Positions 48,401 to 56,874 of a stretch of 64,000 nucleotides of DNA are shown one piece after another. The notes beneath the pieces were generated by a model. It was not told the DNA's origin. It was given only the letters and a program-made list of their open reading frames with translations, and made no database searches. How positions within the stretch are numbered: position 1 is the stretch's first letter; every line of letters begins with the position of its first letter. Both the position numbers and the translations under genes were made by a program. Origin of the DNA: Patescibacteria group bacterium (lineage in GTDB: Bacteria > Patescibacteriota > Microgenomatia > Levybacterales > GWA1-39-11); the NCBI GenBank assembly GCA_035549295.1, contig DASZRG010000021.1, positions 2,596 to 66,595 on the forward strand. The letters are read 5' to 3'.

Positions 48401-49141
48401 CTAAGTGCCGCAGTTTGGGTCCTTGCCGTCGGGCGCAACGAGGTTGCGTGACGCCCAGTGGTTGTTAGGGTCCCGGTGCTGACGCAGACGCGTGCAGTAC
48501 TCGTCGTAGGCGCGGTCATTCGCGACGATCTTGTAAAAGCCGTCGACGACCGTGCCCTTGAAGTGACCACGGTACGAGAAGATGAAGCCATCGTTCCGGT
48601 TGTTGCTCGGGTTGAGGTCGTCGATCAGCGTAACGCCGCCGACGATCATGGTGTATCCGGGCTTGATCTCAATGTCCCAAGACTTCGGCTGGCCGATGCC
48701 AGTGTCGTCGTATCCAGGGACGCCGAGGTTCGGGTCGACAGCCTGAGTGCGAGAGTCGAACGAGCGCCCGTCGAGCAAGGAGTCGGTGATCGGGCCAGCA
48801 AGGCCAGTACCGGTCGCTGCTGATGCGGGTGCACTACGTGACGTGTTGACGGAACCGTTGTTGGACTGGCTACCAGGCGACGTGCGGCCGTTGTCGACGG
48901 CTGTCGTGTAATCAGTACTAGGACCTGACTGGTTGCCAGGCGAGTTAGTATTGATTGTCGTGCCGCCGCCGGGGTTAGCCGGAGGCTGCTGGACGACCGT
49001 GGTGACCGGCTGGCAGACGTTGTTCACGTTCTGCGTACCGGCACCACAGTGCAGCTTGGACGACGACGAGTTACCGTTACCGCACCCGACCAAGAAGATC
49101 GAGAGCAGCAGAGCGGCGATAGGGAGGATGAACTTCCTCAT
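48401..49141 (-). CDS. Lipoprotein with low-complexity Ser/Thr/Asn linker and C-terminal domain paralogous to N-domain of 46805..48256
   Basis: MRKFILPIAALLLSIFLVGC is a lipobox. ATG preceded by AGGAG. GHFKGTVVDGFYKIVANDRAYDEYCTRLRQHRDPNNHWA aligns with GKTYKVDILDGFAEIVPSSMAHDQECFRLQQALDNHWA. Confidence 0.6.
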   Translation of the reverse strand: MRKFILPIAALLLSIFLVGCGNGNSSSSKLHCGAGTQNVNNVCQPVTTVVQQPPANPGGGTTINTNSPGNQSGPSTDYTTAVDNGRTSPGSQSNNGSVNTSRSAPASAATGTGLAGPITDSLLDGRSFDSRTQAVDPNLGVPGYDDTGIGQPKSWDIEIKPGYTMIVGGVTLIDDLNPSNNRNDGFIFSYRGHFKGTVVDGFYKIVANDRAYDEYCTRLRQHRDPNNHWASRNLVAPDGKDPNCGT

Positions 49142-49216
49142 CTTGCGACTCCTACATTAAATAGATGCCAGGAAATGGTTCCTGCAACCGCTAAGTGCGC
49201 ATTTCGCGCGATGTTG

Positions 49217-50125
49217 TTAGGGGTGTGCCGGAGCCGGGTTGAGCCGATTGTGAGCGCTCTGGCCGACGAGTACGAATGCTACGAGAGCAAGTACGAACTC
49301 GATCCAGATGACCACGTCGGACAACCCTGCGTTGAAGTCCGCCGAGTTGAGAACGGGCGGGTTCAGCTGCGATACGACGCAGAAGACTACAAACACGATA
49401 TTGAGAGTCAGAAGACCTGCAACGTAGTGCCTCAGGCTCTCCTGATGGGGAGCCCTGATGATCTGGTGCGTAACGACCAACAGAAAGAGCAGGATCGCCG
49501 AGAAGACGATCGCAACGATGAGCGCCTGAAGGGCGCCGATCAGCTGGATGTTATCGTCGTGCATGACGGTCATAATGCCGCCGAAGCACTCGGACACTGC
49601 CGCCAGCATGGCGATAACGCCAAGCATGCTCATGAGGATGTCCCCCATGTGGCGGATGAAACCGTTGTGGTGCTGGGCCGGGGCCTGTGCGGGCTGCGCC
49701 TGCTGGTTGTTGCCAGCGGCCTGCTGAGCGGGCTGGTTGACGATGGTCAAGATGGCCGGGTCGATGGGTCCGTTCAGATTGCGCGTCTGCCGCAAAGTGT
49801 TGTCGATTTCGTTCCGCATCTGAGCGATGCTCATAGTTGCGGGCGGGTTGATGCCGATCAGCTGGTAGATCAACATGATCTGACCATCCGTCAGGCCGTT
49901 CAGACCGTGGATGAGGTCCAATACGGTGTTCAAAGTTTCTCCTCCAAGAGCTAACTGGTGGGTTCCATGGCGAGTGCCTTGGGTGCCCGGTACTGTTTGA
50001 AACCTCGTTCGATCAACGCGGTGGACTCTGGGATCGCTGTTCCAAAGCTTGTTTCTTCTCCTGTTGTAAAAGTAAATGATTCCGAAGATTGCAATCATGA
50101 TGACTACAATTCTTTTAAAATTCAC
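49217..50125 (-). CDS. Polytopic membrane protein with Gln/Ala/Pro-rich loop (302 aa)
   Basis: GTG start with AAAGGAGG RBS and multiple TM helices. The overlapping plus-strand ORF 49049..49954 is judged an antisense shadow. Confidence 0.55.
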   Translation of the reverse strand: MNFKRIVVIMIAIFGIIYFYNRRRNKLWNSDPRVHRVDRTRFQTVPGTQGTRHGTHQLALGGETLNTVLDLIHGLNGLTDGQIMLIYQLIGINPPATMSIAQMRNEIDNTLRQTRNLNGPIDPAILTIVNQPAQQAAGNNQQAQPAQAPAQHHNGFIRHMGDILMSMLGVIAMLAAVSECFGGIMTVMHDDNIQLIGALQALIVAIVFSAILLFLLVVTHQIIRAPHQESLRHYVAGLLTLNIVFVVFCVVSQLNPPVLNSADFNAGLSDVVIWIEFVLALVAFVLVGQSAHNRLNPAPAHP

Positions 50126-50278
50126 CTACGCCTCCTTTCTATGACGTGGAGATCGCGCACTGTGTGCAGTTTCATACAACAGTACGCGGTGCCCACGCCA
50201 TAGTAGAGTAGGAAAAAATCCCAATTCGCACGCTGGCGAATCGAGTTGCCCTCCTTCACGTAAAGTTTCGGAGGATTG

Positions 50279-50305
50279 CAACCCCGCTAAGCGGGGTTTT
50301 GTCTA
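50279..50305 (+). terminator. Terminator-like hairpin (aaccccgc-TAA-gcggggtt + TTTG)
   Basis: gcaaccccgctaagcggggttttgtc. The T-run is on the plus strand only, although the neighbouring genes are on the minus strand. Confidence 0.35.
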
Positions 50306-50399
50306 TTAGAATTTTGTTATCCTTCGTCGTTTTAATATAGTTATTCACTATATATAAGTAAGCCGACTACGCAGATAAATAAATTCGCTGTATACCTTT

Positions 50400-50450
50400 G
50401 TTAAAGAACAAACTAGAGACTAGATATTAGAAACTAGATACTAGATCTGC
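50400..50450. repeat. Family-A heptamer repeats
   Basis: caaactagagactagatattagaaactagatactagatc. Confidence 0.75.
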
Positions 50451-50622
50451 TTATTGATCTGTTTAAGTCCAGAGTACCTAACTCTAGGGACCGTCCTTAA
50501 TTAAGGCCGGAGATAGTGGTTTCAGGGATCTAAAGATTGGTTAGAGGATTTGTTGTGGAGATTTTTGAAACTGCCTGAAACTGCTTTCTCCTTACTTAAT
50601 TCCTGCTCAGCAGGACTTTATT

Positions 50623-51324
50623 TTAATTTGTTTTTCGTCTTAGGAAGTATCCAAGTGAACCGCTTCCAATGAGTCCGAAAAGGATATCAGTCTCAGGACC
50701 GGTTGATGGAATTGTAGTAATAGTTGGTTTTGACAAAATAGGTGTGTTATTTGTCGTTGTTGTAGTTGTTGTTGTGCCAGGAATTGATTTTTCAATACAA
50801 AGCTGTGCATTATCAGATGCTTGTGTACCATCGTTTGCAGTTGCAACAACGTTGTTAGTAACACAAGTTATAGCTTGGTTGTTTGGAAGGTTACCTGCAT
50901 CTGCTGTCTTTGCAGTTATAAGGAAATCGAGTGTTTGACCAGCTGTAATTTTACCAATTGTGAAATTGATTTGTGATGCACCAACATTAGTGTTGCCAAC
51001 ACCAGCAACGAAAGTAAGGTATTGTGGGAAATTATCAACAACGTTAAGATTGTCAATTTCTGTGTTACCAGTATTAGTAATAGAAATTTTAAATGTAACG
51101 TTTGTTGATGGGTTATAACGTGGGTCGTTGATAGTAAGGTTATCAACGTAGTTATTTGTTCCAGGTTTTTGGACTAATTTGTTGATAGTAAATTTGAGGT
51201 TGTTTTGACAAACTTGTCCGCCACCGTAAATTGGTTGACAATTTGATTCACCAGAAGCAAATGCAGAAGTTGCAACGCTTCCGAAAAGAACTACTGAAAG
51301 TAACACTGCAATAATTTTATTCAT
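50623..51324 (-). CDS. Cell-surface repeat protein with C-terminal sorting-signal-like tail (IPSTG + hydrophobic + RRK)
   Basis: Signal peptide MNKIIAVLLSVVLFGSVATSAFA, beta-rich Thr/Asn-rich body, poly-Thr stalk TTTTTTTT, then IPSTGPETDILFGLIGSGSLGYFLRRKTN, a sortase/exosortase-type tripartite signal. Confidence 0.6.
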   Translation of the reverse strand: MNKIIAVLLSVVLFGSVATSAFASGESNCQPIYGGGQVCQNNLKFTINKLVQKPGTNNYVDNLTINDPRYNPSTNVTFKISITNTGNTEIDNLNVVDNFPQYLTFVAGVGNTNVGASQINFTIGKITAGQTLDFLITAKTADAGNLPNNQAITCVTNNVVATANDGTQASDNAQLCIEKSIPGTTTTTTTTNNTPILSKPTITTIPSTGPETDILFGLIGSGSLGYFLRRKTN

Positions 51325-51399
51325 GTATCTTTCGGCATTAAAAATGCCAATTCAGGATTCTATCATACTATTGATGGTTTGTCAAGCCCATAGTATATC

Positions 51400-51910
51400 T
51401 TGATAAGTATCAAGAGTATCAAAAGTACCAAGGGTATCAAGAGTATGTAAAAGAAGTGAAAGAATTTGTGGAATCCTGTAAGATATTAGTATGGACCGTG
51501 CGTCAAAAAGCTACAGGATGCTAATATTATGGGAAAAGCTGTGTAACTTGGTCAAATTCACATATAAATTGGTGGATTTGTTGCCTAGATCAGAAGATTT
51601 AGGCTTAAAGTCTCAGATGCGAAGGGCAGTAGTGTCTGTAATATCCAATTTTGTAGAAGGTTATTTGAAGTCAAGCACGAAGGAAAAACTGCACTTTCTA
51701 GAGATTGCGCAAACGTCACTACTTGAACTTGAGGCTCAGGCTGAAGTATGTCTGATGCTTAGCTACTGGTCTGAGGCTAATTATGAAGAATTCGAGCGTA
51801 TCAGAGCTGAAGCTGGCTATTTCCTACATAGATATAAGGCTAAAATCGCTTCTTAGCGCATTAGCCCTTGATACTTGTGGTACCCATGATACCCCTTGAT
51901 ACCTTCCGAA
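51400..51910. repeat. IVS-like cassette: four-helix-bundle gene bracketed by inverted GTATCAA-type heptamer arrays
   Basis: Left arm gtatcaagagtatcaaaagtaccaagggtatcaagagtat (51401-51446). Right arm gatacttgtggtacccatgataccccttgatacc (51870-51905) is its approximate reverse complement. Confidence 0.65.
51491..51856 (+). CDS. Four-helix-bundle protein (23S rRNA IVS protein / Avd-like family)
   Basis: LPRSEDLGLKSQMRRAVVSVISNFVEGY matches the same consensus as 18284..18640. Confidence 0.8.
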   Translation: MDRASKSYRMLILWEKLCNLVKFTYKLVDLLPRSEDLGLKSQMRRAVVSVISNFVEGYLKSSTKEKLHFLEIAQTSLLELEAQAEVCLMLSYWSEANYEEFERIRAEAGYFLHRYKAKIAS

Positions 51911-51984
51911 GCGTACCTGCAAAAAGCTGCCTACAAATTTATACGGGCCTGTCTTCCTATATAAATATGTTTATAGACAGCTTT

Positions 51985-52050
51985 TTGCAGCTAAGGTGTG
52001 GTCCTGGAGGGGTAGTGCGTAGCTTGAGGCTAGCGCTGCCCCTCCAGGGG
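51985..52050. terminator. GC-rich hairpin (cctggagggg-N26-cccctccagg)
   Basis: tcctggaggggtagtgcgtagcttgaggctagcgctgcccctccagggg followed by tattctttg on the plus strand. Confidence 0.35.
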
Positions 52051-52124
52051 TATTCTTTGACAAATGTCCTTGCGGTAGGGTTATTACGCCCTTTTTTGGC
52101 CTATTTTAGACCAAAAGACTCCGC

Positions 52125-52168
52125 ACAGCCTTGATCAGGTCTGTCAGGCACGAGATTGTGCCTGATCA
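52125..52168 (-). terminator. Hairpin overlapping the stop of the Flp-like gene, T-rich tract on minus strand
   Basis: ctgtcaggcacgagattgtgcctgatcag. The minus strand continues ...gagtcttttggtctaaaata. Confidence 0.4.
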
Positions 52169-52696
52169 GTTGGAGGTGAAGGTCCCGAAGCCGCTGGTCC
52201 TCGTGTAGATGGGTACAAGCGGGCATTGTGCCTGGCAAAAGTCCAGGTATGCCTGATGTATCAACGTCTCAGTGCGAGGATCGGTCCTGAGGCCGTCCGG
52301 GCCCGTGTCGTAGATGAAGCGTTTGCTCCAGTTGGCCTTGAGGTCAACCTGAGGCTGCGCGCCTTGGCTGTCACGGTCCATGACGATCCTGGCGACCACG
52401 AAGTCCCCGGGATTGAAAGATGCCTGAGTGACGCCGTCCGAGAAGCCCGTAGGCATCACGAAGACGTACACCTCATAAGACGGGGTGTCGGACGCGAGCG
52501 CCTCAGGCTGCTGCTGAAGCTGGATCGAGCCTCCAGGCTTGGGCGTAGGAGTCGCATCGCTTTTGCCTTTACTGCCACCACCGCTAAGTGTGGCTAGGAT
52601 GGCGATGGCGGCGATGGCCAGGAGTGCGACGATGAGGCCGTACTCCACGAGTGTCTGGCCACCTTCGTCACTGTTGAAAATTTTGAGAAGCTTCAT
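52166..52696 (-). CDS. Flp/Fap-type pilin-like protein (class III prepilin-like N-terminus) with extended C-terminal domain
   Basis: MKLLKIFNSDEGGQTLVEYGLIVALLAIAAIAILATL follows the Flp pattern (..G.t.vEYgLi.aliav..i). RBS GGAGGA. No tad/cpa genes in the window. Confidence 0.5.
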   Translation of the reverse strand: MKLLKIFNSDEGGQTLVEYGLIVALLAIAAIAILATLSGGGSKGKSDATPTPKPGGSIQLQQQPEALASDTPSYEVYVFVMPTGFSDGVTQASFNPGDFVVARIVMDRDSQGAQPQVDLKANWSKRFIYDTGPDGLRTDPRTETLIHQAYLDFCQAQCPLVPIYTRTSGFGTFTSN

Positions 52697-52818
52697 TTCT
52701 CCTCCGGAGAAGTCTTGTCTCGCACGATGCGAGGGCTAGCCTAAAGCTATCTTCGTGCCTATTTGTGCCTGAATCCTCCTTAAACTCAGTGAAAGTAGAG
52801 TGCGGGACGCGCGTCCGG

Positions 52819-53205
52819 CTACACGTTGGGGTTAGGAGGTAGATCGTCGCCTTCGTCGTTGGGCGGTATCACTGGGAACTCTTCGTTCCAGGCGCTCATG
52901 ATGTCGACGATGAGCTTGGTATTGCTTCCTCTAAGCTTTAGCCCTAGAACGTCGACCACTGAGAAGATGGCGCTTTTGACTATGAAGGCGTTGAGGCCGG
53001 TTGGACGCTGAGCGCTCCTGGTCTCGATGCCGTGGTCGTATGCCATCACGTGATGCGTTCGGAGATACTCCCGGGCATCTGGAAGTCGGTCCGCGCTTCG
53101 CTTCTGAAGCTTCGTTTCGAGAACCTTGATTACCAGATACGCAGGGTAGGCTGGTTCTCCCAGCTTAACTTCCCACTGATTCAAAATCTCTTGTGGAGTT
53201 TGCAT
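52819..53205 (-). CDS. Hypothetical protein (128 aa)
   Basis: ATG with AAGGAG RBS. No motif recognised. Confidence 0.45.
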   Translation of the reverse strand: MQTPQEILNQWEVKLGEPAYPAYLVIKVLETKLQKRSADRLPDAREYLRTHHVMAYDHGIETRSAQRPTGLNAFIVKSAIFSVVDVLGLKLRGSNTKLIVDIMSAWNEEFPVIPPNDEGDDLPPNPNV

Positions 53206-53469
53206 GTCTCTCCTTCTTAGGCGGCGTGGGTGTCTAACTTTTTAGGCTGACGCCACTTGATGCCGTTCAGAATGGCGAAGACGCCACTCCTGTAGCCGAG
53301 TCTTTGCCTGAGTGCAGCGCGGTTAACGCGATGCGCCTTCTCAGGCTTTTGTTCGGACTCGCCCTGTTCGATCTCGTCCATTTTCGTCTCCTGCGCTTGT
53401 TATGCGCAAACTATCGAGCCGACGATCGGCTCGGTTGTTTAACCAGTTGGTTAACCTTTTCCGGCTACC

Positions 53470-53811
53470 TTACGGCACCAGAATTGGTTCCAGGCGTTGC
53501 GTTATCCTTCCGTTTTGAATGGCTCGATCGAGCCAGGCGTTGTCGTCTATCTCAGAGCTCGGGTCGATGTACGAAACCGGCATCACCGAGCTTGGCGTGT
53601 TTGGCTTGTTGAGGTCGAACACGTAGACAGGGTAGAGTACTATGGCCCCATCTTCCAGTGTGGACGGCGTTGCGCTTGGAGCGTTCTCATCCGCAGGCCG
53701 AAGATCCTTGGGGTCAAAGATCCCAAGGGAAATCTCCAGAACTGCAAAGAGAGCTACGATGAGGAGTAAACCGATTGCCAAGGGGCTGAACGGGACGCGA
53801 TTCTTGAGCAT
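53470..53811 (-). CDS. Hypothetical N-terminally membrane-anchored protein (113 aa)
   Basis: RBS GAGAGGA. TM segment PLAIGLLLIVALFAVLEISLGIF. Confidence 0.45.
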   Translation of the reverse strand: MLKNRVPFSPLAIGLLLIVALFAVLEISLGIFDPKDLRPADENAPSATPSTLEDGAIVLYPVYVFDLNKPNTPSSVMPVSYIDPSSEIDDNAWLDRAIQNGRITQRLEPILVP

Positions 53812-53839
53812 TTCAATTTCCTCTCTTCAGGTCGTAGAT

Positions 53840-54259
53840 CTAGTCGTCTGAAACGATAAAGTGTTTTGCCTTGACAATCAGGCGGACCTGATTGCAGTAG
53901 CTTTTGGGACAGAACGCATGGTAGTAGAACTCCAGAAGCTCATCGTCGTCGATCGGAACTTGAAAAACGTGCGAGAAAAATGGTTTGAGTTCCACCTCAG
54001 CCACGTTTTGCGAAGCTTCTGTAATCTGCGCCGTCACGATTATGTAGTCCTGTTCGTTGAGAATCTCCTGTGATATGTAGTCATTCGGAAGATACACGCG
54101 TTCAGGATTTACGATGATGTAGTACATCTCGTGGACGGGTAGTGGCGCTTCTGAGACCAGAGTCAGTTGAACGCTGGGCTCGTAGTTGGCCGATATATCG
54201 GCTGCGGCTGCAATAAGCAGAGCAACTGATATGAGCACCAATAAACGTATGTGGTGCAT
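53840..54259 (-). CDS. Hypothetical secreted protein (139 aa)
   Basis: Signal peptide MHHIRLLVLISVALLIAAAADISA. Confidence 0.5.
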   Translation of the reverse strand: MHHIRLLVLISVALLIAAAADISANYEPSVQLTLVSEAPLPVHEMYYIIVNPERVYLPNDYISQEILNEQDYIIVTAQITEASQNVAEVELKPFFSHVFQVPIDDDELLEFYYHAFCPKSYCNQVRLIVKAKHFIVSDD

Positions 54260-54394
54260 AGCGGGGTGTGTCTCGTCCTTTCTACTAAAAACTGGATAGA
54301 TGTGTTGTTGGATCGTATTTTACGCGACCACCTTACCTTCGTTATATACCTCCATGATTATATTTCTGCCTGACAAACGGACAGCCGAATGGAG

Positions 54395-54535
54395 TTAATT
54401 GAATAAGCAAATAAGCAAAGTTCAAATAAGCAAATGAATGCAAAATAAAGTAAATGTTAAATATTTAGAATTAAAACATTCAAACATTTAAACATTCATT
54501 TGAGCTTTATCATTTGCATATTTGCTTATTAACCC
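54395..54535. repeat. Large imperfect palindrome, family F
   Basis: aataagcaaataagcaaagttcaaataagcaaatgaatgc...cattcatttgagctttatcatttgcatatttgcttatt. Confidence 0.75.
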
Positions 54536-54579
54536 CGTTAGGCTGCCCATTTAGTACTGGCAGATTTCGGACATTTGTC

Positions 54580-55090
54580 AAATTATTAATGTGCTAATTA
54601 GTAACTAGAAACTAGATATTAGAGACTAGTTTATGCAAATAAAACTAGCACTAAATACCGAGCTAAATTACTAAATTCGTTGAATATTATTAATCAACGA
54701 ATAGATGTCTAGAAATAAGAATTTCTAAGCATTTATCTATTGACTAAAGATTCGTTTTCTTCGTTTTATTATTCCTTATCATCCTGAAACGTTAGTGAAT
54801 GATCTTTTTAAAGATTCTTCATTTCACTCAGAATGACATTATTTCTTAAGTTCTTCGTTGAACGGTAACGATTCCCGTTTCGTTGCTTGGTTACGTTTGT
54901 CGTAAAACTTAACCGATACGGGTTTCGTAACCTTTTAACAATTAACGAAAATTATTTTGATCCCGGAAAGAGTAGTGCGCAGCATAGCTGGCATTTCCCA
55001 ATCCGGGATCGTGTTTCTGTTGGCCTCAATCGCCAAGAACTTGCACCAGAGGCGCAATCTTGGCTTAAAAAGCCTATTCTATTTCGAGAC
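54580..55090. repeat. G element copy 1 (modular hairpin-rich cassette-boundary repeat; left end degenerate/fused to family-A heptamers; right TIR ctatttcgagac)
   Basis: Shares with G3/G4 the boxes agtttatgcaaa, gattcttca.ttc..tcagaatgacatta and gatcccggaaagagtagtgc.cagcatagctggca...tccgggatc. Shares with G2 the box cgttgaata..at.aatcaacgaatagatg. Ends 2 bp before the stop of 55092..55406. Confidence 0.8.
54854..54949. mobile_element. Nested ~96-bp MITE-like insert inside G1 (TIR ttcgttgaacggtaacg / cgtaacc-ttttaaca-attaacgaa)
   Basis: Present in G1 and G4 (62112-62208) at the same position but absent from G3, where cagaatgacatta is followed directly by the gatcccggaa hairpin. Internal second inverted pair cccgtttcg/cgatacggg. 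Confidence 0.65.
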
Positions 55091-55091
55091 G

Positions 55092-55406
55092 TTAGGTTGG
55101 CGGCAGGTACTTTTCGATGTCCTCGATCCGGGCGTGCCAGATGGAGACTTCCGTCTTTGGGTCGAATTCCTTGTGACGAACCGCCATGTGTAGATCCAGA
55201 AGCAGGTCGGCAAAGTTCGTGGCGTACCAGAACTCACGGTGAATGTCGTCTCCGACGTATCTTGCTAGGAATGCAAGATACGCGAAACCGCTGTACAGAC
55301 GTACAGGCTTCGTTGGCATTCGATCGAGCACTAGTGCAGTGCACTTAATGAGCTCGATGACCGCTTGTGAGTCCGTGATTTTGATGGTCACGTTTTGAGT
55401 TGTCAT
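55092..55406 (-). CDS. Hypothetical protein (104 aa), cassette-terminal 'MTTQ' gene
   Basis: RBS AAGGAGG. The N-terminus MTTQN is encoded by the conserved atgacaactcaaaacg, shared with 60500..60886. Confidence 0.5.
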   Translation of the reverse strand: MTTQNVTIKITDSQAVIELIKCTALVLDRMPTKPVRLYSGFAYLAFLARYVGDDIHREFWYATNFADLLLDLHMAVRHKEFDPKTEVSIWHARIEDIEKYLPPT

Positions 55407-55415
55407 GGTGCCTCC

Positions 55416-56027
55416 TTAGTGGCAGGGTTCTAGATTCGCGATATCGTTCTCGTATGCAACCTCAGGCGTGATACCGCCAGGCGCGCGGACGATGCCCTGA
55501 CGGACAGTGCCGCCGATTTGGGCGCCTCTCATAAGGCAAGGGGTCGGGAAAGTCTTCCCGTCCTCAAGCGTTATGAAGCCCCAGGCATCTTGCAGGGGTC
55601 TGAAATGAATCACTCCCCAGCCGCTGACACCTCCACCGTCCTCGCTTGCCAGCGGGATGGGTTTAAAGGAGGTGACTTTGCAGGTCGTCATAGACGACCT
55701 TTCGGTGGGCGATGGGTTCACTCGCCTATCGGTATTGTCCGAAATGGGTAAGTGAACAATGCCACCACTCGGCGCCTTCACGAGAAGACAAGCGCCCGAT
55801 GTTGGGTCGAGCTCAAGTCCTGTGAACAGGATGATGTCGTCTCCAAAGACTGAGTCATTCTGCTTGAAGATCCTGTAGGGGCCGTTATTTCCGACTATTT
55901 CAGTCGGGGTCAGCGTCGGTTTGACTGTGACTTCGACCCCCTTGGGTGTACCCAGTATTGCGAACGCCGATACGGCGACCGCGAACAAAAGGGCGCCTAT
56001 TCCAAGATGCACGAGATTTTTATTCAT
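55416..56027 (-). CDS. Hypothetical secreted protein (203 aa)
   Basis: RBS AGGAGG. Signal peptide MNKNLVHLGIGALLFAVAVSAFA. Confidence 0.5.
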   Translation of the reverse strand: MNKNLVHLGIGALLFAVAVSAFAILGTPKGVEVTVKPTLTPTEIVGNNGPYRIFKQNDSVFGDDIILFTGLELDPTSGACLLVKAPSGGIVHLPISDNTDRRVNPSPTERSSMTTCKVTSFKPIPLASEDGGGVSGWGVIHFRPLQDAWGFITLEDGKTFPTPCLMRGAQIGGTVRQGIVRAPGGITPEVAYENDIANLEPCH

Positions 56028-56084
56028 GGCGGGGCCTCCTAGGGCCTTGAACTCCGATTGGGTCGCGGTTGGAAGCGACGCTTA

Positions 56085-56435
56085 CTACGTTGGATGCTTC
56101 GTCATGCAGATCTCAAACGGGACTTCGCTTTTGTACCAGCCAACAATCGTAACGCTGTTCGGGCCGAAAATGAACATCGGTGTGCCGGTCGTGTCTGAAA
56201 ATCCACGAGTGGTAGAACTGTATTTGATCTCCATCGTGGGTTGGTGACCTCGTCGTCGAACGATTGAAGCGGAATGCAGCTTCTGGTTGGAGATCCAGTC
56301 GTAGTTTGGCGTTTTGTCTAAGGAGTACCAACGGTATTCCTCGACGTCAAACTCGCCCTCACCAAATAGCGACAAGAGGTCGCTCCTGATAGTCGGTGCG
56401 TTTTCGGATGTTAGCCAGACAATTTTGGAATCCAT
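56085..56435 (-). CDS. Small cytoplasmic protein, paralog family (C-terminal motif FIFxxxxVTI/V)
   Basis: Preceded by the conserved leader acagtctgaggaggactgaaaa-ATG. MFIFGPNSVTIVGWY resembles RFIFEDDRVTVQYF (61365..61727) and SFVFDGDKVTIRDM (60500..60886). Confidence 0.5.
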   Translation of the reverse strand: MDSKIVWLTSENAPTIRSDLLSLFGEGEFDVEEYRWYSLDKTPNYDWISNQKLHSASIVRRRGHQPTMEIKYSSTTRGFSDTTGTPMFIFGPNSVTIVGWYKSEVPFEICMTKHPT

Positions 56436-56470
56436 TTTTCAGTCCTCCTCAGACTGTCTAAATACTGCGC

Positions 56471-56833
56471 TTAAGATGAGGCTTTCTGATCGCGGATGTC
56501 TGCTTTATTGAGAATTACTGTGAAGTAGCTCTCAAATCGCGCATCCAAAACCCTTTTCAACCTACTTGTGAGACGACGTTGTCCTTCATTCGTCAACCTG
56601 TTGTGGAGACGATTGTCGATCGTAACTTCGGCGAGCATGACGCCCATGTTCTCGGGGCTCACGCTGTCATACGGAAGCCAAAAGATACTTATGTTCACGA
56701 TCTGTTCTGGAAAATCCAGAATTTGTGACAAAGCCATTGAAAGATCCTGACGCGTGATTCTCCTTGTATCTGAACTTAGTCTCTCGTATTTTTCGCGAGA
56801 GGGATAGATCTTAAAGATTGCATCGAATGCCAT
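56471..56833 (-). CDS. Hypothetical protein (120 aa)
   Basis: Conserved leader ...cagtcttaggaggactgaaaaaaa-ATG. Confidence 0.5.
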   Translation of the reverse strand: MAFDAIFKIYPSREKYERLSSDTRRITRQDLSMALSQILDFPEQIVNISIFWLPYDSVSPENMGVMLAEVTIDNRLHNRLTNEGQRRLTSRLKRVLDARFESYFTVILNKADIRDQKASS

Positions 56834-56874
56834 TTTTTTCAGTCCTCCTAAGACTGTTTGAACTTAGACCATGC

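Noticed and set aside
49049-49954. 301-aa plus-strand ORF in the high-GC island (and similar long antisense ORFs at 46726-47112, 46880-47311, 47506-47826, 8799-9119, 9210-9479)
   Set aside because: They lie antisense or out of frame to better-supported genes with RBS and signal peptides. High GC and Gly-codon runs suppress stop codons, producing long spurious ORFs.
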